This document shows positions 18,734-27,803 of a stretch of DNA of 64,000 nt, piece after piece. Source of the stretch: Vulcanimicrobiota bacterium (lineage in GTDB: Bacteria; Vulcanimicrobiota; Vulcanimicrobiia; Vulcanimicrobiales; Vulcanimicrobiaceae); the NCBI GenBank assembly GCA_963714015.1, contig OY970223.1:832001-896000 (forward strand). Direction: 5' to 3'. Every line of letters starts with the position of its first letter. Position 1 is the first letter of the stretch. A program made the translations under genes and the position numbers. The notes beneath the pieces were generated by a model. The model worked only from the letters and a program-made list of their open reading frames with translations, was not told where the DNA came from and made no database searches.

Positions 18734-21230
18734 TTAATCCTGCGTCAATATAAGCAGTTTGCCCGCGTGCAGGCGGATCTCGCTCAGATTGTGACCAGCA
18801 CTCTTGCTGCCATTCCACGCTTGTCCGCGCCTAGGCAAATCGTCGAGCGTAGCTAGATCGTCGTAAAGTGCGCTCGTCTGCACGACGCTGCCCTTTTCGT
18901 CCAGGAGCGCGAAAGCGATCGGCGTGTTCAGGAACGCGCGCGCTAGGAGCGCATTTTCGTCTTCGACTATGGTCACGCGGCCGCGCGCCTCGCTGATCAA
19001 TCGCTCGAGCTCGCTACCGCGCGCGCCGAGTTCCTCGTTCGTGGTGTTCAGCTCCTCAACTGTGGCTTGCAGCTCCTCGTTGAGCGTTTCCAACTCTTCG
19101 CTCGTGGCCTGCATCTCCTCGTTCAGCGTCTCGACCTCTTCGGCGGACGCTTCCGCTTCTTCGGCGGCGATGAGCAGACGCTCATTCATGTTGCGCAGCT
19201 CGGCGTTACTGCCGGTCGAGCTCGTTGTTGGCTTCGACCAGCGAGCGCTGCCGCTCGAGCAATTCGGAATTCTGACGCATGACGCGGTCGACGGACGTTC
19301 GCGCGGCCGCCCACTCCTCTTCCAATTGCTTGCGGTGCATGGAAGCCTTGGTGACGTCTTCGACGAGCAAGATGAGGCCGGTTATGCGTGAGTCTCGACC
19401 GCCGTCCCGCTCCGGATAGTAGGAGACCTGCAGATAGCGCGTCTGGTCGAGGGCCGAGTCTTTGAAAAGCAGTTCGCCGCGACCGTCTTTCTGACTTCGA
19501 AAGGCGGCGTCCAGCGCCGACTTGAGTTCCTGCGAATCGACGTTCGAGGCCAGGTGGATGAGATCGTCGCCGATGGCCTGCCCGTGAATGTTCAGAAGCA
19601 TTCGCGCGGCTTGATTGATCGCTTGGATGTCGTAATTGGCGTCGACGAATACGACGCCGATGTTTGACTCGAAGAGAAATGAACCCAAGCGTTCGGCAAG
19701 TGAGGAACGCTGGAGGCTCTCGGAAGTGCGATTCGGTAAGGGCGGCTGGCGTCGCGGCGGATCGCGCCGGATAATCCGCTCGGGAAGTGAAACACCTTCC
19801 GTAAATGCGGGCGTGGAGATCAGCAGCCGTTCACCTTGGCGCTGGAAGACTTTGAGCGCCGGGTTAATCGTACCGAAGAATTGCGGGAGGGGGTTGGTCG
19901 TTTCGGCTTTCCCCAGAACCAGATATCCGCCGTTGCGCAGCGAGAAGGCGAAGAGCCGGAGCGTACGCTGTTGGAGCTCCTTCGTAAAGTACATCAGCAC
20001 GTTGCGGCAGACGATCAGATCGATCCGGGTAAACGGTGCGCGCTGACCCAGATCGTACTCACCGAAAACACCGAGATTGCGGATGCGTTTCTTGACCTGG
20101 TAGGCATCGTCGATGCGGGTGAAATGCTTTGCCAACAGATCCTGCGGCATGTCCCGGAAAGCGCTGGCCGGATAGACTCCCCGCCGTGCAAAGACGATGG
20201 ACTCGGCGTCGAGGTCGGTAGCGAATATACGGATGTTCAATGCGTCGAGTTGGTCGCCCAAAATCTCGGCGATCAGGATCGCTATCGAGTAGGCTTCTTC
20301 GCCCGTCGCGCAGCCGGCCGACCAGATTCGCAGCTCCTGGCCGGTGCGCCGCGCTTCTGCGATGATCTCTGGGAGTGCGCTATCACGCAGGTACTCGAAC
20401 AGCTCGGGGTCACGGAAGAAGCCGGTGACCTTGATTAAGAACGACGTGATGAGCCGCTGGTAGGCGCCCGGGTTAGCGTTCAGATACCGCGTGTATTCCG
20501 CAAGCGTAGAGCAGTGCGCCGCCGCCATCAAGCGCGAAAGACGCCGGATTATCGTCGGCATCTTGTATTGCGTGAAGTCGATCCCGCTGCGCACGCGCAA
20601 ATGCGTTAGAAACGCGCGAAGCGTATCGTCGTCGAGCTGCGCTGACGCGCCGCCGGCGTCCGCGATCGAGCCGAGCAGCTGGCCCATGTTGTCGATATCG
20701 CTGACCAGGTCCACATTTACCGACGCGATGGAAGCTGGAAGCCCCGGATAAGCCGCAGTCGCCGGATCCTGAATAACCACGGTGCCGCCGGCTTGCTTAA
20801 CGGCCTGCGCGCCGGAAGCGCCGTCGGAACCCGTACCGCTCAAAACGACTGCAACCGCGCGCTCACCGAATGCACGCGCGGCACTCGTGAAGAGCAAGTC
20901 GATGGACGGCAGCGGATGAACGCCTTTATCGGCCGGTGTTGTTGAAACCGAGCGGTCGGATATTTCGACGTGCTGTCCGGCGGGTACAACGTAAATCGTA
21001 CCAGCCTTGATAGCCGCCGAGTCGGCCACGCTTACGACTTCCATGGAGGTGCATCCCTGAAGGATGGGGGCCAGGCGGCTTACCCGAGACGGATCCAGGT
21101 GCTGCGCGACCACGATCGGCGCTTCGAACGTGGCCGGGAGCGACCCAATCAGACGCTCGAGCGCATCTATTCCGCCGGCTGAGGCGCCAATGACGAAAAG
21201 CAGATGCTCGTTGGAGCGTTCTTCGGGCAT
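18734..21230 (-). CDS. CheB/CheR fusion with PAS and coiled-coil (one-base frameshift near 19217)
   Basis: GASAGG, QH and LSGTGSDG (CheB); IWSAGCATGEEAYS and CRNVLMYF (CheR). ORFs 19206-21278 and 18734-19189 join as NNEL/TGSNAELRNMNE...EELETLNEELQATVEEL if one base is removed. Confidence 0.88.
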
Positions 21231-21268
21231 CGCGTCACCTTCGGGTGTGCTATAGGAAAAACTTTCGG

Positions 21269-22252
21269 ATGGAAACATCGGCGCAGCGGCAGTTCGGAAT
21301 TGTCGTTATAGGCGGGTCTGCCGGCTCGCTCGAAGCCCTTCAACAAATCGTTGCGAATTTCCCGGACGACATTCCCGCGGCAGTCTTCGTAGTGACGCAT
21401 ATCCCGTCGGACACGGTTAGCGCGATGCCGCATTTGCTCAGCCGGCGGGGCGCGCTTTTCGCGACGCACGCAATCGATCGGGCGCCCATTAGTCCGGGGA
21501 AAATCATCGTGTGCCCGCCGGGCCATCATCTCGTTATCGAGCGCGACGTAATGCGCGTCGTGACCTGGGCTAAAGAGAACGGCTACCGGCCCTCGATCGA
21601 CGTGCTCTTCAGGAGCGCCGCCGAATCATACGGCAAAGCAACCTGCGCCGTATTACTTTCCGGCACGCTCGATGACGGAGTTGCAGGATTGCGCGCGGTT
21701 CGCGAGGCGGGAGGAGGAACGTTGGTGCAAGATCCGGCCGACGCCGCGTTCCCGGACATGCCTCGCAACGCTATTACGGCCAACGTCGCCGACCGCGCCC
21801 TACCCGCACCCGCGCTTGCTGAGGCTATCGTATCGTACGTCGAAACGGCGGTGGTCGAAGGCCGTGGCGGGCTCGTGCCTTTTGCGGCGCCGGACGAACG
21901 CCGCCAAGGCAAACCTTCCGTGTTTACGTGTCCCGACTGTAGCGGCACGCTTTGGGAGATGGAGGGGAAAGACTATCTGCGCTTCCGCTGCCGGACCGGC
22001 CATGCATATTCCGTCAACTCGATGATGGCCGTTCAGCGAGATGCGGTTGAGAGTTCGCTTTGGTCTGCGGTGCGGATCTTACAGGAACGCGGCGATCTGC
22101 TGCGCCGGCTTTCGCACCGGGCGCAGGCGCGCGGCGACTCCATCTCGGCCGATCGGTTCCAACGTCAGGCGCAGGAGCTGACCAACGACGAGATTGCGAT
22201 CCGTAACGCGCTGAGCGACGTCATCGCTCAGAGCCAGAGCTCGGCCGGGTGA
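21269..22252 (+). CDS. Stand-alone CheB-type methylesterase with C-terminal Zn-ribbon and coiled coil
   Basis: GGSAGS, VTH, RPSIDVLF and LSGTLDDG; CPDC...RCRTGH. Confidence 0.9.
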   Translation: METSAQRQFGIVVIGGSAGSLEALQQIVANFPDDIPAAVFVVTHIPSDTVSAMPHLLSRRGALFATHAIDRAPISPGKIIVCPPGHHLVIERDVMRVVTWAKENGYRPSIDVLFRSAAESYGKATCAVLLSGTLDDGVAGLRAVREAGGGTLVQDPADAAFPDMPRNAITANVADRALPAPALAEAIVSYVETAVVEGRGGLVPFAAPDERRQGKPSVFTCPDCSGTLWEMEGKDYLRFRCRTGHAYSVNSMMAVQRDAVESSLWSAVRILQERGDLLRRLSHRAQARGDSISADRFQRQAQELTNDEIAIRNALSDVIAQSQSSAG

Positions 22253-24465
22253 TCGCTGCAACGGCAATATCGACTGAGCCCGGCAGCGCGCTCGTGACCG
22301 CAGCCAGCGGATTAGGCGAAGATTCCTCGAGCTGCTTTTGAACGATCCGCACCAGCTCGGTCGATGCCAAACCAGCCTGCGACTCGTTTCCGTAAATCAA
22401 CGTCAACGTTCCCGGCCGCAGCCGCATGCGTCCAGTAAGCGCGTCCGTACGTTTTTGCGGGAGCGCAGCCGGGCCTCGACGGCCGATCTGCAGCGGCGCC
22501 GGAAACCCCAAGGCTGCGAACGTCAATCGCGACTGAGGGCCCGAGACGACTCCCGCAAATGCGGCGCGCAGTTCGATGCCCGCATTTGCTACGACCGCGC
22601 GCAAAAGGTCAACCTCGAGTTCGTCGCCGTGTTCGGCGGCGAGCGCGATCTCGTGCAGCATAGTTTCCGCGATTTCGAGTGATTCGTGGGGATCCGGCGC
22701 ATCCGCGGCGACAACGCCCACGCACTGATCCGCGCCGCCGATCGGGGACATCCGTATGGAGCACGTGGAGGCGTTTCCGCGATAGGAGTCGATCCGGCAG
22801 TCGCGCACCATCAGGTGCATCCAATGCGGCGCTTCCGAGAACACGCGCGTTTCCGCGCGGGAAAGACGCAACTGTAGAATGCTGAATGCGCGCGATGCGG
22901 ACTCGCACAAGGAGAGCATCGCTTCGAACTCCGCTTCGCTCAGTTGCCGCCGGCGGGTAAGCACGAGCATGTTCCCGACGACTCGCCCGGACTCCATTAT
23001 CGGAATGGACGCACCGGAAACGGGCGATAACGCGGCGAGGCCGTTTCGAGCCGTCTCGTCGTCGGTAATTTCGGAGTAAAAATCCTCGTCGATTTGGGAA
23101 CGCACGATTGCGCGGCCATCCAGGAACGTCGTCGGCACCACGTCGATCGCCGGCTTTTCAGATTCCGGCCGGTGCGCGCTGTAAAGATTTCCGGATGAAT
23201 CGAACATCTGCACGACGCAGCGGTCGGCTCCGATTTCGCACGCAGAGCGGCATACGGCGCGGGCGAGTTCCATGCCGTCCGCACATTGCACCAGTTGGGG
23301 CCAAAAGAATCCGACGGTAGAAACGAGCGATTGCCGGCGGCGTTTGGGAATGAGCCGAATCGTTTCTTTGATGACACGAAAGATCTCGTCGCGGGAGGCG
23401 GTTTGGGGAACGCGGCCGTCGACGAGCAGGTCGAGCTCCGCGTCGTCCTGTTCTCCGCCGAAGTAGATGATTGCGGCATGAGACGTTCCGGTTGCGTGCC
23501 GGATGGCCCGCAGGGCAGCGAGCGGCTTCATCGAGCCGGTACTGTCGAGCAGAACGACGTCGACGCGGCGCGCTTCCAGCAGCCCCCAAAGGTCGCCCAG
23601 GTTAGATGCCTTCGTGACCTGCCAGCCCCTGCGCGCGATCATTTCTTGCAGCGTCCGGCGCAATGCGGCGTCGCTGATGTGCAGCACGATGTCCGGAGCG
23701 GCCGGGAGCGGCGCGAATTTGATCGAGTCTACGTTGAATTGCCGCACCGCCGCTGCCGGATCGGCCGATGCGACCGCCAGCCCTTCTATCGTCCGGATCA
23801 GCAGATTCTCGTCACGCTGCAGCGGAGGATTTTGTCTGAGGGTCGCAACGACCACATAACGTTCACCGCTTGATAGGACGAACGGAACGGCGAGGCCGCG
23901 TCCTCCGCCGGCCGGATGCTTTACGACGCAGGCGCGACGGCGCGCGAAGAGCCGGTGGAGGGGCCATCGCTGCCAGTCTGCGTGTGTCTTCAAAAGGACC
24001 GCCGATGGCGCGCACCAGGACAAACGCTCCCGCGCTTCGCGAGAGAAAGAGCGCGCACGACGTAAACAGCTGCGGGCGAATGTCGTAAAGCATTTGCGCG
24101 AAGGACTGAACGTCGGCGACGGTAGCGTCGCGAGGATTTGCGCTGCGGACAATTGCCGGAAGCGCGTCGAACGTGCCTGTGCGGCTCCCTGCGCCGAGCT
24201 CAACGTAGACTGCGCGTTCCCCTGAAAATTGGAGCGGCGTGAACGTCCAGTTCGCTTCGCCGATTTGAACCGCAGAAGGTTGACCGTCTTCGTATGCGCG
24301 TTCTACCCTCAGATTGACGGCAGCGGGAAGTTCGCGCGGAAAAAGTGCGCGAAACGCTTCATTCGCGGCGATCGCCAGCGGCTGCCAGATACAACGCGGA
24401 GCGGCGCTGTCGAGCAACTGTTCGGCGAACGCCCGAAGCGGACTTAGGAGCGCCGGCGAAGACAT
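22221..24465 (-). CDS. Multi-domain signalling protein: GAF-like, receiver, GAF and degenerate SpoIIE/PP2C-like domain (frameshift near 23960)
   Basis: ORFs 23863-24465 and 22221-24203 fuse if one C of a CCCC run is removed (AAMA/LHRLFARR); VDVVLLD receiver; ALGFPAPL and LRPGTLTLIY resemble the SpoIIE fold. Confidence 0.6.
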
Positions 24466-24710
24466 GCCCCGTTTTGACGCAGAAATGCACCCAAGCGTTC
24501 CTGCGACACTCGGCGGAAGAGCTGACGTAAGGCAATCTCTATAACGGAACTTTCGCTAACCCGGTGTTCGTAAGCGATTCGTTTGAGCTCGCTGCCGAGG
24601 TCGGAAGACAAATTCACGGAAAACTTCAGAGCGTTTGCCGAGTTGCCCACCTCCGCCGCGAGTTGGCGTGGGTTGGGAGCGGGGTGAAGTGCGGTCGAAG
24701 AATGTGCCAT
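24444..24710 (-). CDS. Ribbon-helix-helix (CopG/Arc-like) protein
   Basis: KFSVNL strand, SDLGSELKRIAYEH helix, RVSESSVIEIALRQLF helix. Confidence 0.75.
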   Translation of the reverse strand: MAHSSTALHPAPNPRQLAAEVGNSANALKFSVNLSSDLGSELKRIAYEHRVSESSVIEIALRQLFRRVSQERLGAFLRQNGACLRRRS

Positions 24711-24882
24711 AGCAAGTATTATTGCATATCATCAGTCGTGCGTACTGCCGGCGCGGCGCGTTCGCCGCAAAATTTTTCCCGGCGAGAATGCAAGCGGTGC
24801 CGCCAACCAGCGGGCCGGTCGGCTGGAGCGGTAATCCTAAGTAGCATTAAGAGGCCGCTCCGCACGAGGAGAAAGGATCCGA

Positions 24883-25335
24883 ATGTATCAGGTCATCGTT
24901 TTCATTCACGTGCTTTCGGCAATCGTCGCGGTCGGATACAACGCGACGTACGTGGTATGGCTCACCCGCGGCGGCATGGAGCGCGCTCACCTGCTCTTTG
25001 CACTGCGAACGATCCGCTTCATGGACGCCAAGATCGCCAATCCCGCCTACGGGCTGCTGTTGGTAACGGGGGTCGCGCAAGTGATGCTTTCGCACCGCTC
25101 GTGGCATGAAGCGTGGATCGAATGGGCGATCGTCCTGTGGATCGTGCTTGCCGCTGTTGCCTACGGCGCCTATACGCCGGCGCTGAAGCGTCAAATCGCA
25201 ATCGTCGAAGGAGGTGACGTTTCGGGAGAACAGTATGCGGCTGCGAACCGGCGCGCGACGGCAATCGGTGCTTCGTTGATGGTTCTTGCGCTCGCTATTC
25301 TCGGGCTGATGGTATTCCGCCCCGGCGGAGCTTGA
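24883..25335 (+). CDS. DUF2269-like four-TM membrane protein
   Basis: FIHVLSAIVAVG N-terminus; LLLVTG; LMVFRP C-terminus; strong SD. Confidence 0.8.
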   Translation: MYQVIVFIHVLSAIVAVGYNATYVVWLTRGGMERAHLLFALRTIRFMDAKIANPAYGLLLVTGVAQVMLSHRSWHEAWIEWAIVLWIVLAAVAYGAYTPALKRQIAIVEGGDVSGEQYAAANRRATAIGASLMVLALAILGLMVFRPGGA

Positions 25336-25342
25336 CGCGCCG

Positions 25343-26242
25343 ATGCGCGTACTGCTGATCGTCAACGAAAAGTCGCGAAAGGGCGGCCGTGAGGGCGCAC
25401 TCGTCTGCAGCACGCTCGAAGACCTCGGGATTGACTGCTCGCAGGATGCCTCGGCGGAGAACGTTGATGCGGTAGTGGCGGCCGGCGGCGACGGTACGGT
25501 GATCTCCACGCTTCCAATTGCGATAGAGCGGGGCGTCCCCCTCGGCGTCGTGCCGCTCGGAACGTTCAACGACCTTGCTCGAACGCTCGGGATTCCACTG
25601 GACGTTCGGGGAGCGTGCGAAACGATCGCGGCAGGGGCCGTGCATGAAATCGACGCCGGCCGCGTCAACGGGTCGTATTTCGTGAACGAAGCGAGCGTCG
25701 GACTCTCAACGCGCATCGCGCGGCGCCAGACTCCGCAAGTCAAGCAGCGCTTTGGTTTGTTGGGAGTCGCTGCGACCGCGCTGCAAAGCCTGCGCGCCGC
25801 ACGTTTCTTTACGGTAACGTTGACGTATGGCGATGGTGCGGTCGAGCGGTTCCGGACGATACAGCTCACCGTTGCCAACAATGCGCGATTCGGCGGCATT
25901 ATGGAAAGGCCCGGCGCTTCGATCGACGACGGCTGGCTCGACCTTTACTCGATAGAGCCGCGCAACTGGCTGCAAGCAGTGCGCGTGGCCGGAAAAATTC
26001 TCGCGCGCGATCCAGACTCCGGCGAAGGTTTGCGGACCCGGCGCGCAGCGAGGTTTGACGTTTCTACAAACCACCGGCATCACGTCGCAGCCGACGGAGA
26101 AGCGGCCGGTTTTACGCCGGCCGTCTTTGAAATCGTTCCGAAGGCGGTCCGCGTCTTTGTGCCTAAGGCGGCCGGATGCGCTACAGAACCCTCGGACATT
26201 CCGGACTCAAAGTTTCAACCGTCGGACTCGGTTCCTGGCTGA
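25343..26242 (+). CDS. Diacylglycerol/lipid kinase family (YegS/DAGKc)
   Basis: VNEKS, AGGDGT, PLGTFNDLAR, VANNARFGG, DDGWLD and ADGE motifs. Confidence 0.92.
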   Translation: MRVLLIVNEKSRKGGREGALVCSTLEDLGIDCSQDASAENVDAVVAAGGDGTVISTLPIAIERGVPLGVVPLGTFNDLARTLGIPLDVRGACETIAAGAVHEIDAGRVNGSYFVNEASVGLSTRIARRQTPQVKQRFGLLGVAATALQSLRAARFFTVTLTYGDGAVERFRTIQLTVANNARFGGIMERPGASIDDGWLDLYSIEPRNWLQAVRVAGKILARDPDSGEGLRTRRAARFDVSTNHRHHVAADGEAAGFTPAVFEIVPKAVRVFVPKAAGCATEPSDIPDSKFQPSDSVPG

Positions 26243-27150
26243 CGTACGGCGGAAACGTCGGAGCGGACACGGCCCGTGCATGCGTGCTGCGCGCATGGGA
26301 GAAGGGCGTCAACTTCATCGACACCGCAAACGTGTACGCGCGCGGTGCAGCCGAAGAAGTCCTTGGACCGATCTTGCGGGAGCTGAACCGCGACGCGCTG
26401 GTTCTGGCCACGAAGGTGTACTTTCCGATGGGCGACACGGTGAACGAACACGGCCTCTCGCGTAAGCACATCCGCGACCAAGTGCATCATTCGCTGCGGC
26501 GCTTGAAAGTCGACTACATCGATCTCTATCAATGCCACCGCTTCGATCAGACGACGCCGATTGAAGAGACGTGTGAGATGATGAACGATCTCGTTCGATC
26601 GGGATGGATTCTCTACTGGGGCGTTTCGGAATGGAACGCGGATCAAATCTCGTCCGCGGTAACGCTGTGCCGCGCCCGCGGCTGGGCAGCACCGATCAGC
26701 AACCAGCCTCAGTACAGCGCGCTTTGGCGCCGCATCGAGCAGCGCGTACTGCCCACTTGCGAGGCGTACGGTGTAGGGAACGTCGTGTGGTCGCCGCTGG
26801 CTATGGGAATCTTAACCGGGAAATACACGGATGCGAAAAACCCGCCGCCCGGCACTCGCGCGGCCGGTTCGAACCGTGACATGATGGAGGACTACTTCAC
26901 CCAGCCCGTACTGGATGCCGTGGCGCAGTTGCGGCCGCTTGCCGAGAGCGCCGGTTGTACGCTCGCGCAACTCGCGCTTGCATGGTGCTTGCGCCGGCCT
27001 GCGGTCAGCAGCGTAATCGTCGGCGCGACAAAAGCACAGCACGTCGACGATAACGTCGGTGCCGCGGATCTGGCCGTCGATGCCGCAATCTTCGCACAGA
27101 TGGATCGTATGTTGGAGCCGGTCGCCCCGAGCGAACCGTATCTCAGTTAA
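26176..27150 (+). CDS. Aldo/keto reductase (Kv-beta-like)
   Basis: GLGSW, DTANVY, ATKV, DLYQCH, WGVSEW, NQPQYS and WSPLA motifs. Confidence 0.95.
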   Translation: MRYRTLGHSGLKVSTVGLGSWLTYGGNVGADTARACVLRAWEKGVNFIDTANVYARGAAEEVLGPILRELNRDALVLATKVYFPMGDTVNEHGLSRKHIRDQVHHSLRRLKVDYIDLYQCHRFDQTTPIEETCEMMNDLVRSGWILYWGVSEWNADQISSAVTLCRARGWAAPISNQPQYSALWRRIEQRVLPTCEAYGVGNVVWSPLAMGILTGKYTDAKNPPPGTRAAGSNRDMMEDYFTQPVLDAVAQLRPLAESAGCTLAQLALAWCLRRPAVSSVIVGATKAQHVDDNVGAADLAVDAAIFAQMDRMLEPVAPSEPYLS

Positions 27151-27156
27151 AAGCGC

Positions 27157-27300
27157 CTTAAAAAAGATTTGGGCTGACGATGGTGGAGGCATCGTCAGCC
27201 CTTCTTGCTGCACTCTACGAGGTTGGAGTCGAACGGGTTACTGACGTGGAGGACAACAGCCCGTTTTCCATCTCGCATGACTATCATGCGGATGAAACCT
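27157..27300 (-). ncRNA. Candidate structured RNA (3'-UTR sRNA or attenuator) with CCUCCAC anti-SD loops, ending in a terminator
   Basis: Minus-strand hairpins: UUUCAUCCGCAUGA-UAG-UCAUGCGAGAUGGAA; AACGGGCUGUUG-UCCUCCA-CGUCAGUAACCCGUU; GGGCUGACGAUG-CCUCCAC-CAUCGUCAGCCC, then AAAUCUUUUUU. G-U pairs are valid only on the minus strand. Confidence 0.6.
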
Positions 27301-27310
27301 TAAATGCGCC

Positions 27311-27481
27311 TTAATTCCAGTTTTTCAGCAGATTACCAACGCCTGAGACTTTTGGGCCCCAGCCGCTGAACGACGCCGTATCCGGCGTGTTCGACATGAC
27401 GCGCGCGATCGTAATCGTCGGACGCGTGTCGGCATCTGTCTGGGTCGTTATAGGCGCTTGCGCTTTCCTAGCGGTTTTCAC
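27311..27481 (-). CDS. Small protein (56 aa) with FxGWGPK motif, peptide A
   Basis: AAGGA SD 7 nt before GTG at 27481: MKTARKAQAPITTQTDADTRPTITIARVMSNTPDTASFSGWGPKVSGVGNLLKNWN. The track start at 27526 is an alternative. Aligns with 32535-32651. Confidence 0.65.
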   Translation of the reverse strand: MKTARKAQAPITTQTDADTRPTITIARVMSNTPDTASFSGWGPKVSGVGNLLKNWN

Positions 27482-27531
27482 AATTGAATCCTTTATGAGT
27501 TCGGGAACGCACACCGCGTGTTCCATTCCGT

Positions 27532-27635
27532 ACTGTACATCCGCTTCTACTGCGCGCCTACAACTTTTGTTTCATGCGATTTTGTCGCAGAACGCGCGAT
27601 GCGATTTCGTTGTGACGGTTTGAACTATTTCGTTG
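27532..27635 (-). promoter_or_regulatory. Candidate -10 and three spaced direct repeats upstream of peptide A
   Basis: TACAGT (minus strand, 27532-27537); ATTTYGTYG at 27579-27587, 27604-27612 and 27627-27635 (spacing 25 and 23 bp). Confidence 0.5.
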
Positions 27636-27803
27636 TTCGAGGTGTTATACGTTCACAGAAGACTCGTTCGAATCGTTATCGACTCTTGGCGGGGTGCGGA
27701 ACATCGGCCGCGTGGCAGCGTATAACGGAAGGAACCGCTGTTCCGGGCGCGGCGGGGCCCGGCGGCGGAGCCCGAGAACCGCACATGGGGAAGGAACGCG
27801 CTG

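Noticed and set aside
27195..27287. 30-codon minus-strand ORF (MIVMRDGKRAVV...) inside the hairpin cassette
   Set aside because: No clear SD, the start lies within a stem, and there are no protein-like features.
27311..27481. Type I toxin-antitoxin reading of peptide A and its hairpins
   Set aside because: The peptide has no hydrophobic transmembrane helix and no antisense promoter/terminator pair was evident; not fully excluded.
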